From Candidatus Saccharimonadota bacterium (lineage in GTDB: Bacteria > Patescibacteriota > Saccharimonadia > Saccharimonadales > SLHW01): a stretch of 64,000 nt of DNA. Shown piece by piece: positions 10,801-18,491 of this stretch (position 1 is its first letter; each line of letters begins with the position of its first letter). Location: the NCBI GenBank assembly GCA_024635455.1, contig JAGXIU010000002.1, positions 108,309-172,308 on the forward strand, given 5' to 3'. The notes under the pieces were generated by a model. It saw only the letters and a list, made by a program, of their open reading frames with translations. It had not been told where the DNA came from and made no database searches. The position numbers were made by a program, and so were the translations under genes.

Positions 10801-11978
10801 TAAAAAATAGATTCAAGAATCTTAGTATATTATTTTTTGTAGTTATATTTTCAGTGTTTATGGCTATACCTACAATGGATGCCATAGCACTATCACCAAA
10901 ACAACGTCGCATCATTGATTCAGGAGCCTACTATTATAATTCTGAATCCGACAACACTTTTGGCGTCACGCCAGGCAGCGGTAGTGGCTGCTATACATTA
11001 AATGCAATTACAGTAAACGATATCCAAGGACTCACTCAAGCAATTGATAAATATTTTAATGATAATGCACCTGCTAGCTCGCCCTTAAGGGGGTTGGGAA
11101 GTTCCGTGGTAAGTGGATCGGTGCGTGCTGATATAAACCCGTTTTTTATTGTAACTATTGCCCAAAAAGAATCCGCCTTCGGAACAGCTGGAGTTGCGAC
11201 AAATGGCTCAAACAACTCCTTCGGCAGAACTGCGACCGATTCGCAACCCCACGTAGAAACAAATCGTAAGTGGTACAAATATGACTCGTTTCAGGAAAGC
11301 CTAAATAGAAGCAGTGCCGACAAAGACGACCAACCTGAATACATGAAGCGTAAGTTTCTAAATGAACTCGAAGCTTCTTCAATTGAAGATGTTATGAATG
11401 TATACGCACCGCCTTCAGAAAACGATACTGAACTCTATATCGATCAAATGCGCGGCAGAATTGACGAGTTAATTGAGCTAGCTGGAGATAGTATAAGTTG
11501 CGGAACAGGTTCGGGTTGGATGTGGCCACATGGAAGTAACGCCGGTCGAATAACAAGCTGTTTCGGTAGCAGGGACGCACCACTTGCGAGGGCATCAACA
11601 AACCACCGTGGCGTAGATATTGCTGATGGTACTGGGACACCTATATACGCTGCGGCTGCAGGAGAAGTCACCTATAGTGGAAACCTCGGTAACGCTGGCC
11701 TATTAGTGAAAATACGCCATGCAGATGCGGAAGGTGAAACACTAGACACGCGGTATCTGCACAATAGCGCTTCACATGTGCGTGTCGGCGATAGGGTTGA
11801 GGCGGGTCAACACATTGCAGATGAAGGTGCCAGCGGAAATGTGACTGGTGCACACCTGCACTTTGAAATCATCAAGAGCGATACGAAACTTAATCCACTC
11901 AACGAACTAACAATTCCAGAGGGCATCACGATCACAGGCTCAAACTGTAATTCATCCAATACTGGAGGACAATCATGA
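10797..11978 (+). CDS. Secreted/anchored M23 (LytM) peptidoglycan endopeptidase with possible lysozyme-like N-domain
   Basis: I moved the start to ATG 10797, which forms an ATGA overlap with the upstream stop; the track start 10779 is GTG. M23 motifs are HRGVDIA, GTPIYAAAAGEV and GAHLHFEI. The weak E-S motif IVTIAQKESAFGT sits in the N-terminal half. Confidence 0.85.
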   Translation: MIKNRFKNLSILFFVVIFSVFMAIPTMDAIALSPKQRRIIDSGAYYYNSESDNTFGVTPGSGSGCYTLNAITVNDIQGLTQAIDKYFNDNAPASSPLRGLGSSVVSGSVRADINPFFIVTIAQKESAFGTAGVATNGSNNSFGRTATDSQPHVETNRKWYKYDSFQESLNRSSADKDDQPEYMKRKFLNELEASSIEDVMNVYAPPSENDTELYIDQMRGRIDELIELAGDSISCGTGSGWMWPHGSNAGRITSCFGSRDAPLARASTNHRGVDIADGTGTPIYAAAAGEVTYSGNLGNAGLLVKIRHADAEGETLDTRYLHNSASHVRVGDRVEAGQHIADEGASGNVTGAHLHFEIIKSDTKLNPLNELTIPEGITITGSNCNSSNTGGQS

Positions 11979-12934
11979 GAACAAAGCTCATTCTCGTGCT
12001 TTTGCTTATTATATTGGTTTCTATAGGCGGGTATTTTCTATTTAGAAATCCGACTCTTTCGAAAATACACAATGGTAATACGCGCTACCATCAATATATT
12101 GGGGATGAACTTATACTGCTCGTTGATACAAACTGGAACGTTAAGCAAATTGATACAGAAGGCACAGATATAAACGATTTTGGTAGTATCGAGAAGGGGA
12201 GCTATAACTATATGTTTAGCCCTACTGGTGATTACGTAAGTTATGTTTATGAAGATGAGGTATACATAAAAAGCCTCAAGGAAGCTGATGTACAGAAAAC
12301 CACTATACCGGCGCAAACTTATACTTGGCAGTCAGATAACGTAATAACTTTTATTAATATATCGAACCAACGAGTCGATAGTACTTTTTATAACCAGGGG
12401 GTATTATCAACATTTGATGTTATTACTAAAGAACAAAAAACAATCGGAAAAGAAACAATCGCAGCGACGAGCCTACACCCACTAGACGATACAACTGGAA
12501 TACTGACAATTGCTTATGGGGAGGGTGGCGAGAACAGTACCGCTATAGCTAGTTATAGCCTCGTGGATGGATCAACCGAACTATTAAATACTGAGGTTGC
12601 ACTGGACTCAACCTACTACTCTTATGGTTACTTTTCATATAAAAATAGTTCCACGAGTCAGATAACTTATTTTGACAATACAAGCCAGCAACAAGAAGTA
12701 GCAACTCCAGAGAACTACACCGACATATACGCACTTTTTGACAATGAATACATCATTGCTGAAGCACAAAACTCAAACCGTGAAATCGTTTTAAGAGATG
12801 TTTCTGAGCAAACAGAAAAAACGCTCTTCACGATAAATAAAATTGGTGGCATTCAATCAATTACTTACAACGACAATTGGCTAATCGTACAAACGACTGA
12901 TGCTTTATATAGCGGAAAGGTTGGTAGCCTATGA
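11975..12934 (+). CDS. Bitopic hypothetical protein, beta-rich ectodomain (PD40/TolB-like repeat hint)
   Basis: 319 aa. The start shows ATGA coupling and GGAGG lies 6 nt upstream. It has an N-terminal TM. FSPTGDYVSYVYEDEVYI resembles a PD40 repeat. Confidence 0.5.
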   Translation: MRTKLILVLLLIILVSIGGYFLFRNPTLSKIHNGNTRYHQYIGDELILLVDTNWNVKQIDTEGTDINDFGSIEKGSYNYMFSPTGDYVSYVYEDEVYIKSLKEADVQKTTIPAQTYTWQSDNVITFINISNQRVDSTFYNQGVLSTFDVITKEQKTIGKETIAATSLHPLDDTTGILTIAYGEGGENSTAIASYSLVDGSTELLNTEVALDSTYYSYGYFSYKNSSTSQITYFDNTSQQQEVATPENYTDIYALFDNEYIIAEAQNSNREIVLRDVSEQTEKTLFTINKIGGIQSITYNDNWLIVQTTDALYSGKVGSL

Positions 12935-13581
12935 ATAAAAATAAAGTTGTAATCCTGTTACTGGCGGTGTCTGCAATATCATTGCTTATGTTTTTATTTA
13001 TCCAAACAAACAGCCGTTCGTTTACAATAACCGATTCTGCACCTAGTCAAGATGAAAGCAATGTGGCAATAGATAGTACTATAGAGATTTACTTTTCTAA
13101 AAATATTGAACGAGTAGGATTGTCATCAATAAATGACCCAAGTGTTGACTATAGTGAATACGAGATGAGAATAGAAACACGCCCGACCATAGTTGCTGAT
13201 GTTTCTATTGACGGCGGAACGCTTCGTATTAATCCAAGGCACACATTACTGGAGAACCAAGAATATGACATATTCCTATCAAATATTACGAGCGATGATG
13301 AGGAGATGGTAGATCAATATGGCTTGTCCTTTACGACAGGCCAGGATGAATCAGCCCGGGCTCAATTTATACGGTCGCTTCCACTTTACCAGACCAACTA
13401 TAACGTAACCTATTCATCTACAAGAAATGCATTTACGGTACAGGTAACTGGAGGGGATGTAGAGAGCGTCACGGAAAGTGCTTATGAATTATTGCGCGAA
13501 AACGCTATAGATGTAGATAATGAAACAATTATTATTGAGACTTTGCGCACCGAACAAGGTGGTGGATCACCAGCCGGCTAA
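12931..13581 (+). CDS. Bitopic hypothetical protein with SbsA/Big_5-like Ig domain
   Basis: 216 aa with ATGA coupling and an N-terminal TM. ITDSAPSQDESNVAIDSTIEIYFSKNIE resembles the start of bacterial Ig-like (SbsA-type) domains. Confidence 0.5.
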   Translation: MNKNKVVILLLAVSAISLLMFLFIQTNSRSFTITDSAPSQDESNVAIDSTIEIYFSKNIERVGLSSINDPSVDYSEYEMRIETRPTIVADVSIDGGTLRINPRHTLLENQEYDIFLSNITSDDEEMVDQYGLSFTTGQDESARAQFIRSLPLYQTNYNVTYSSTRNAFTVQVTGGDVESVTESAYELLRENAIDVDNETIIIETLRTEQGGGSPAG

Positions 13582-13585
13582 TAAC

Positions 13586-14641
13586 TCAGTGGCTTAGCGG
13601 AATAATGTTGCAGTTTTGCATGAAGTGTTGCACGACGATATCGGCGTCGGTCGTAGTGATAAACGCCTGATAATTTTGCAGAAAATCCGTTAAATGTCGT
13701 CGACGAGAACCATCGAGCTCGCTAAACACGTCATCGAGCAAAAGTACTGGCTTTTTATTATAGGCTTTCTCAAGTAGCTTAGCTTCCTGGATTTTCAGCG
13801 CCAGAATAGCTGTACGCGCCTCACCACGCGACGCAACCTCGCGAGCAGGGTAGTCATCAAACCGAACCTCAATATCGTCTCTGTGTGGCCCTATACTGGT
13901 AAAGCCTCGTTCTACATCATTATGGAAGCTTGCCTTGAGCTTACGTAACATATCGTTGCTGTAGCTTTCTAGCTGGCACGGTGTTTTGTATGAAAGCGTC
14001 AACACAACTGAAGAATCAGCTATATCTGTGTAAGCAGCTTGTGTATCGTCTGCCAGGGACGATAATAGTTTTTGCCGAGCTTCGGCTATATATCCACCGA
14101 GTTCGCTTAAGCGTACATCCCAAACAAAGACGTTATCGACGGTTGCATTTCCGCTCTTCAGTAGCGCGTTTCGTTGCGCTAAAGTTCGCCTATAATGACG
14201 CCGATGTTGCAGAAAGTTCGGCTGTATCTTCTCTAGCAAAGTATCAAAGTACTCACGACGCCCCTCTGGACTCCCATGCAACATAGCTAGATTGTTTGGC
14301 TCAAATATAACCACTGGTAAAAACCGCTGCCGGGACAGTCGCGTTAAGGTGGTGTCATCTATGACGAATTGTTTGGTGGTTTTGTTGTTTTCCCGCCTGA
14401 GCTTGAGTGTTCGCTTACTGTCATCAAGTTGTATATCAACTCGACCCCACTCAGATTGGTGTCGTATTAAATCCTCGTCACTGTTTCGGTAGGACTTTCC
14501 TTGAGCGCTGACTAATATAGACTCTATTAAGTTTGTCTTACCACTCGCATTCGGTCCGACCACAATATTGACAGCTGGGTCCAGCTCAAAGCTATCATCC
14601 TGGTAAGACCGATAGTGCTGCAAACGAATTGAATTAATCAA
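13586..14641 (-). CDS. recF: DNA replication and repair protein RecF
   Basis: 351 aa with a TTG start. Walker A is GPNASGKTNLIESI and the Walker B-like motif is VLLLDDVFSELD. The gene order dnaA-dnaN-recF is conserved. Confidence 0.9.
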   Translation of the reverse strand: MINSIRLQHYRSYQDDSFELDPAVNIVVGPNASGKTNLIESILVSAQGKSYRNSDEDLIRHQSEWGRVDIQLDDSKRTLKLRRENNKTTKQFVIDDTTLTRLSRQRFLPVVIFEPNNLAMLHGSPEGRREYFDTLLEKIQPNFLQHRRHYRRTLAQRNALLKSGNATVDNVFVWDVRLSELGGYIAEARQKLLSSLADDTQAAYTDIADSSVVLTLSYKTPCQLESYSNDMLRKLKASFHNDVERGFTSIGPHRDDIEVRFDDYPAREVASRGEARTAILALKIQEAKLLEKAYNKKPVLLLDDVFSELDGSRRRHLTDFLQNYQAFITTTDADIVVQHFMQNCNIIPLSH

Positions 14642-14733
14642 AGTTTTGTCCTCTGCCTACTTATCACTGTTCTCCAGCTACTCATTGAACCCCTTGGCTC
14701 AACATCATCAAAGCTTTTTATGCGCATAGTCTT

Positions 14734-14739
14734 ATTCTA
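14734..14739 (-). promoter_or_regulatory. TAGAAT -10 box upstream of recF, 6 nt before a 29-codon ORF
   Basis: On the minus strand the sequence reads tgTAGAATaagactATG (ATG at 14727). Confidence 0.35.
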
Positions 14740-14788
14740 CAGAAGCAAGTCGACAGATGACAGACAACTAAAGAGTTGGATAGAGGAG

Positions 14789-15880
14789 TTAGCTTTTTAG
14801 AGGCATGATTACATGCAGATAATCATCTTGTTTTGGGTCACGTATGAGTGATGGTTCTAGTTTGCCATTAAAGCAGAATTCTACATCGCTACCATTAAGT
14901 ACTGATAGTACGTCTATGAGGTAACGTGAGTTAAGTGTTATCTCGCCCTCACCAGTTACGTCAGCGTCTGCTTTTGAGGTATTTTCACCAAGTTGTGAGG
15001 CAACAGAACGCACTTGCAATGCTTTGTCTGATTCATCAGCTGACACTACGACACTGCCGGCACTTTCGCGAGCGAATAAGCTTGCGACCTTGGTAATGCT
15101 GGCAAATTCCTGCTTCTTCAGTTTCGCTGTGGTATTAAAGCTTTTTGGTATAAGTTTGCGATAATCTGGGTAATTACCCTCAATAAGACGAGTAACTAAC
15201 TCCACCTCACCAACCGTAAACATCACCTGCTGGTCATCGTGTAGTATCTCTACATCATCGTTACTATCAGACACTATTCGCAGGAGATCCTGCATAGCAT
15301 TAGCTGGCACAAGCAATGAAACGTCTTGTTTAGCTTCACCAAGTTTCTTTTCTGCTAAACGGTAACTATCGGTTGCCACCATAAACAGTTGCCCTTGGTA
15401 GCTGTGAATGTATACACCGGTCAAAACCGGACGTGCTTCATCACTAGAGGCAGCAGTTACTACCTGCTGGAGCGCTTCCTTGACCATTTTAGCTGGTAGC
15501 TTCCAGGCAGTTTTATCACTAATTGCTGGCATAACAGGGAAGTCCTCTGCACTAATTCCATTTATTGAAGAGCTGTAAGAACCAGATTTCATGCGCAACT
15601 TAAATTCATCTAACTTGAGATCTATAACACCGCTTGGTAGTGAACCTACAAAGTCTTGTACTAAACGAGCTGGCACAGTGATTGCACCTTGTTCACTTAT
15701 TTTTGATCCAATGTATCGGGTTATAGCAATGTCGAGGTTAGTAGCTGATATTGCAACCCGGTTGTCTATGGTTTTAATTAGTACGTTTGCGAGTACCGGT
15801 AGCGTGCCTCTATTAGTCGCTACTCGACCTACTGTACTAAGTGCTTTTGATAAGTTTTCTTGGGTTACTTGTAATTTCAT
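14789..15880 (-). CDS. dnaN: DNA polymerase III beta sliding clamp
   Basis: 363 aa, consistent with a three-domain clamp. AAGGAG lies 7 nt upstream (15888-15893). The gene lies between dnaA and recF. Confidence 0.95.
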   Translation of the reverse strand: MKLQVTQENLSKALSTVGRVATNRGTLPVLANVLIKTIDNRVAISATNLDIAITRYIGSKISEQGAITVPARLVQDFVGSLPSGVIDLKLDEFKLRMKSGSYSSSINGISAEDFPVMPAISDKTAWKLPAKMVKEALQQVVTAASSDEARPVLTGVYIHSYQGQLFMVATDSYRLAEKKLGEAKQDVSLLVPANAMQDLLRIVSDSNDDVEILHDDQQVMFTVGEVELVTRLIEGNYPDYRKLIPKSFNTTAKLKKQEFASITKVASLFARESAGSVVVSADESDKALQVRSVASQLGENTSKADADVTGEGEITLNSRYLIDVLSVLNGSDVEFCFNGKLEPSLIRDPKQDDYLHVIMPLKS

Positions 15881-16144
15881 TGTGAAGCTCCTTTATATAT
15901 AGAAATAAATTTATTTAAAATTAGTTTTTGTTTATATAAGCTGTGTGGAAGATGTGTATAAGAGAGATTATAAGAAGTTATTTTTATAAATAAGCAGCGG
16001 ATAAGTCGAGTACAAGACTTGTACAAGACGCGGATAAGTCGCTGACTTATACCCAAGGATTTACCAACCGCTGCAACCATGTTGATAAGTCGCTGACTTA
16101 TACCCATTCGTGTGCACAGGTTGTGTGTAAGGTATGCACAGGTT
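15881..16144. promoter_or_regulatory. oriC part 1 (dnaA-dnaN spacer): AT-rich unwinding candidate plus DnaA-box-like repeats
   Basis: Positions 15892-15939 are 45/48 A/T. Box-like sites are TGTGGAAGA (15944), three GGATAA/TGATAA-type sites (15997-16008, 16031-16040, 16082-16090), and TGTGCACAG/TATGCACAG (16111, 16132). Confidence 0.6.
16033..16106. repeat. Two identical 23-bp repeats GATAAGTCGCTGACTTATACCCA (16033-16055, 16084-16106)
   Basis: The two copies match exactly and start 51 bp apart. Each contains the inverted repeat ATAAGTC-gct-GACTTAT. Confidence 0.95.
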
Positions 16145-17509
16145 CTACGCATATAACCGCTCCTTAATCGTATCGATTACGTCCTTTATTGACGGGTCAA
16201 AGGATATCTCACGCTCGATTTTTTCTACCGAGTGGATGGCGGTGGTGTGATCTTTTCTACCAAGTTCACGAGCAATCTTCGGAAAACTTAAATGCAGCTC
16301 GCTACGGAGCATGTACATCGCAATTTGCCTCGGAACCACAATGTCCCGGTCGCGTTTCGGTCCCAATATATCCTCAATCGCTAAGTCAAAATACTTTGCA
16401 GTACGCTCCACGACTTGTTTTGCACTGATGTGTTTTGGTCGTGAGTTGGTGGCACCGAGTAACGACTTAGCTATCGGTACATCTGGCGTTAATCCACGCA
16501 TTTCACAAAAGGCGAGTAGCTGATTTAAGACACCCTCTAGCTCACGAATATTGGTCTGCACTAATTCAGCTAAGTAGCCAACAACTTCTTGACTCAACTC
16601 AGCACCACTATCGTGCGCTTTCGTCTGAATAATGGCGCAACGTGTTTCATAGTCTGGGTTTTGCATATCTATAGACATACCCCAGGCAAAGCGACTCTTC
16701 AGTCGATCTTCAAGCGTTGGTATATCGCGTGGCGGCTTATCGCTACTTATAATAATCTGCTTATTTGCTTGATGGAGCGCATTGAAGGTGTGAAAGAATT
16801 CTTCCTGTGTCTTATCTTTGCCAGCAATAAACTGCATATCATCAATAATCAGTACGTCGGCATTGCGGTAGTAGCTGGCAAAGTCAGTGTTTTTCTTAAA
16901 ACGCACCGCATCGATAAATTCTTGTACAAATTGTTCAGTCGACACATAGACAATATGAGCATCTTTGTTGTTGCGGATGACCGCGTTACCCACAGCCTGT
17001 ATAAGGTGGGTTTTACCAATACCAACGCCACCATACAGGAAGAGTGGATTGTACTTTTGCCCAGGGTTTTGCGCAATGGCCTGGCAAGCCGCATAAGCTA
17101 ACTCGTTCCCTGAGCCGACAATAAAGTTTTCAAAGGTATAGCGTTCATTTAGTCCTTGGCGATACTTATGCGCCAGTGACGAAGTGGCCGATGAGGTGGT
17201 GTGAGACTCCGGAGTTTCTATATGTAGTACCGGTTGGTCATTGAGTTCTTGCTTCTTTGGTACAAAGCCGGAGTGGATCTTATACTCTATTTCATTGGGT
17301 GCTAGGCCGTTTTTTTCGAGCGTAGTCTTTATAAGGTCATTAAACTTTTTCTCGAGTTGCTGTTTTATGAACACGTTTGGCACACCAATGACGACGCGCT
17401 CATTATCTTGCTGAAGTAGGCGAGTGTTCTTAAACCACGTCACATAGCTCGCTCGAGTAACAGATAACTCTATTTCTCCCAGCACTGCTTGCCATAGGTG
17501 GTCCTGCAT
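16145..17509 (-). CDS. dnaA: Chromosomal replication initiator DnaA
   Basis: 454 aa. AAA+ Walker A is GGVGIGKTHL and Walker B is LIIDDMQF. The C-terminal DNA-binding domain contains ...KDHTTAIHSVEKI. Confidence 0.97.
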   Translation of the reverse strand: MQDHLWQAVLGEIELSVTRASYVTWFKNTRLLQQDNERVVIGVPNVFIKQQLEKKFNDLIKTTLEKNGLAPNEIEYKIHSGFVPKKQELNDQPVLHIETPESHTTSSATSSLAHKYRQGLNERYTFENFIVGSGNELAYAACQAIAQNPGQKYNPLFLYGGVGIGKTHLIQAVGNAVIRNNKDAHIVYVSTEQFVQEFIDAVRFKKNTDFASYYRNADVLIIDDMQFIAGKDKTQEEFFHTFNALHQANKQIIISSDKPPRDIPTLEDRLKSRFAWGMSIDMQNPDYETRCAIIQTKAHDSGAELSQEVVGYLAELVQTNIRELEGVLNQLLAFCEMRGLTPDVPIAKSLLGATNSRPKHISAKQVVERTAKYFDLAIEDILGPKRDRDIVVPRQIAMYMLRSELHLSFPKIARELGRKDHTTAIHSVEKIEREISFDPSIKDVIDTIKERLYA

Positions 17510-17576
17510 ATAATCCCTATTTCCTTACCCTCAAATTAACACTTGGTTAGCTACTACTATAGCAAAAGATTGGAAG

Positions 17577-17681
17577 TTTTCCACAACTACTGGATACGGA
17601 ATTTTTTTGTCGTGTGCAGAATAAGAAAACAGGGGCAAAGTTATGCACAGGTTTCAAGAACACCTTAGAAACTGTGGATAT
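17577..17681. promoter_or_regulatory. oriC part 2 / dnaA promoter region: DnaA-box cluster
   Basis: The sites are TTTTCCACA (17577-17585), TGTGCAGAA (17613-17621), TTATGCACA (17641-17649) and TGTGGATAT (17673-17681). Each has 1-2 mismatches to TTATCCACA or its complement. Confidence 0.6.
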
Positions 17682-17779
17682 ATCTTGAATAAATGGGTAT
17701 AAGTTGCTAGTATTAGTGGGAAACTATTGTTAATTTAACGATTTAATAAACTTCGGCTTGCTCAATATGAGCCAAGCCG

Positions 17780-17787
17780 TGTAGGAT
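17780..17787 (+). promoter_or_regulatory. TG + TAGGAT -10 box, 8 nt before rpmH ATG
   Basis: The sequence reads cgTGTAGGATagaagactATG. Confidence 0.4.
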
Positions 17788-17795
17788 AGAAGACT

Positions 17796-17933
17796 ATGCC
17801 AAAGCGAACATTCCAACCAAAGACTCGAAAGCGCGCCCGCGTACACGGTTTTATGAAGCGTATGTCGACCAAGAACGGTCGACGCATTCTCAAGCGACGT
17901 GCTCTTAAGGGTCGCAAGAATACCTCAGCCTAA
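17796..17933 (+). CDS. rpmH: 50S ribosomal protein L34
   Basis: This 45-aa ORF is below the ORF-track cutoff: [45 protein letters not shown]. The sequence is hallmark L34, and the gene precedes rnpA. Confidence 0.95.
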   Translation: MPKRTFQPKTRKRARVHGFMKRMSTKNGRRILKRRALKGRKNTSA

Positions 17934-18005
17934 TCCGTACATAATATATATGTACAGGTTTGATGTACCCGTGACGCAATCGGGCTCAACTGGTAGGCTT
18001 ACTAT

Positions 18006-18401
18006 ATGATAAAAAAGCAGCATCGTTTCCACGGTTATAACAGCCTCCAGTCTGTTTATCGGCGTGGCAAGACGGTTCGTGGCCCACTTACGTCACTTAA
18101 GTACCTACTTAATAACCGTCGTCAGAACTATCGTTTAGCAGTGGTAGTAAGTAAGAAGGTACACAAATCAGCCGTCAAGCGTAACCGTATCCGCCGCAGA
18201 CTATACGAAGCAGTTCGCTTACTCGAACCACGTATTACGGATCCGTATGATCTTGTTTTGACGGTTTTTCATGAAAACGTAGCCACCATATCAGCAGAGG
18301 AGGTGAGTAAGCTTGTGTTCACGCAGCTCAAACAAGCTGGTGTTATCAACCAGTCAACAAGCAAGCCTACAGCCACCAAGAAGCCGACTACAGATACTTA
18401 A
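18006..18401 (+). CDS. rnpA: RNase P protein component
   Basis: 131 aa and basic. It carries the RNR-type motif KSAVKRNRIRRRLYEAVR and sits in the rpmH-rnpA-yidC order. TGGTAGGCT lies 6 nt before the ATG. Confidence 0.9.
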   Translation: MIKKQHRFHGYNSLQSVYRRGKTVRGPLTSLKYLLNNRRQNYRLAVVVSKKVHKSAVKRNRIRRRLYEAVRLLEPRITDPYDLVLTVFHENVATISAEEVSKLVFTQLKQAGVINQSTSKPTATKKPTTDT

Positions 18402-18415
18402 CGTGTTAAGTATCT
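18392..18415 (+). other. Perfect 10-bp hairpin overlapping the rnpA stop codon
   Basis: AGATACTTAA-cgtg-TTAAGTATCT. No U-tract follows. Confidence 0.5.
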
Positions 18416-18491
18416 TGGCGGGTGACTGATTGAACTTGGCAAATATGTTATGATAGTACGAGTAAATATATAGAAAAAAGTAGGTATTTCT

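Noticed and set aside
16033-16106. Direct repeats considered as a possible mini CRISPR array
   Set aside because: There are only two 23-bp copies, no cas genes in the window, the spacing is non-uniform with the third partial copy, and the repeats contain DnaA-box-like cores at the origin.
15877-16152. 91-aa minus-strand ORF filling the dnaA-dnaN spacer
   Set aside because: It consists of the AT-rich stretch and the DnaA-box-like repeats. It overlaps both the dnaN start and the dnaA stop, and its composition is implausible (Cys/Arg/Ile-rich). I interpret the region as oriC DNA, not a gene.
16589-17101. 170-aa plus-strand ORF antisense to dnaA, and similar long antisense ORFs (2007-2411, 2574-3029, 9087-9785, 43562-44113, 46691-47236, 47332-47754, 48046-48447, 48619-48996)
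   Set aside because: All lie entirely inside well-supported genes on the opposite strand. They carry no recognisable motifs, and the sense-strand proteins carry clear family signatures. They are typical shadow ORFs.
17937-17955. AT-only palindrome GTACATA-atata-TATGTAC after rpmH as a terminator
   Set aside because: The stem is entirely weak A/T plus GTAC, no U-tract follows, and rnpA has its own -10 box 40 nt downstream. This is insufficient to call a terminator.
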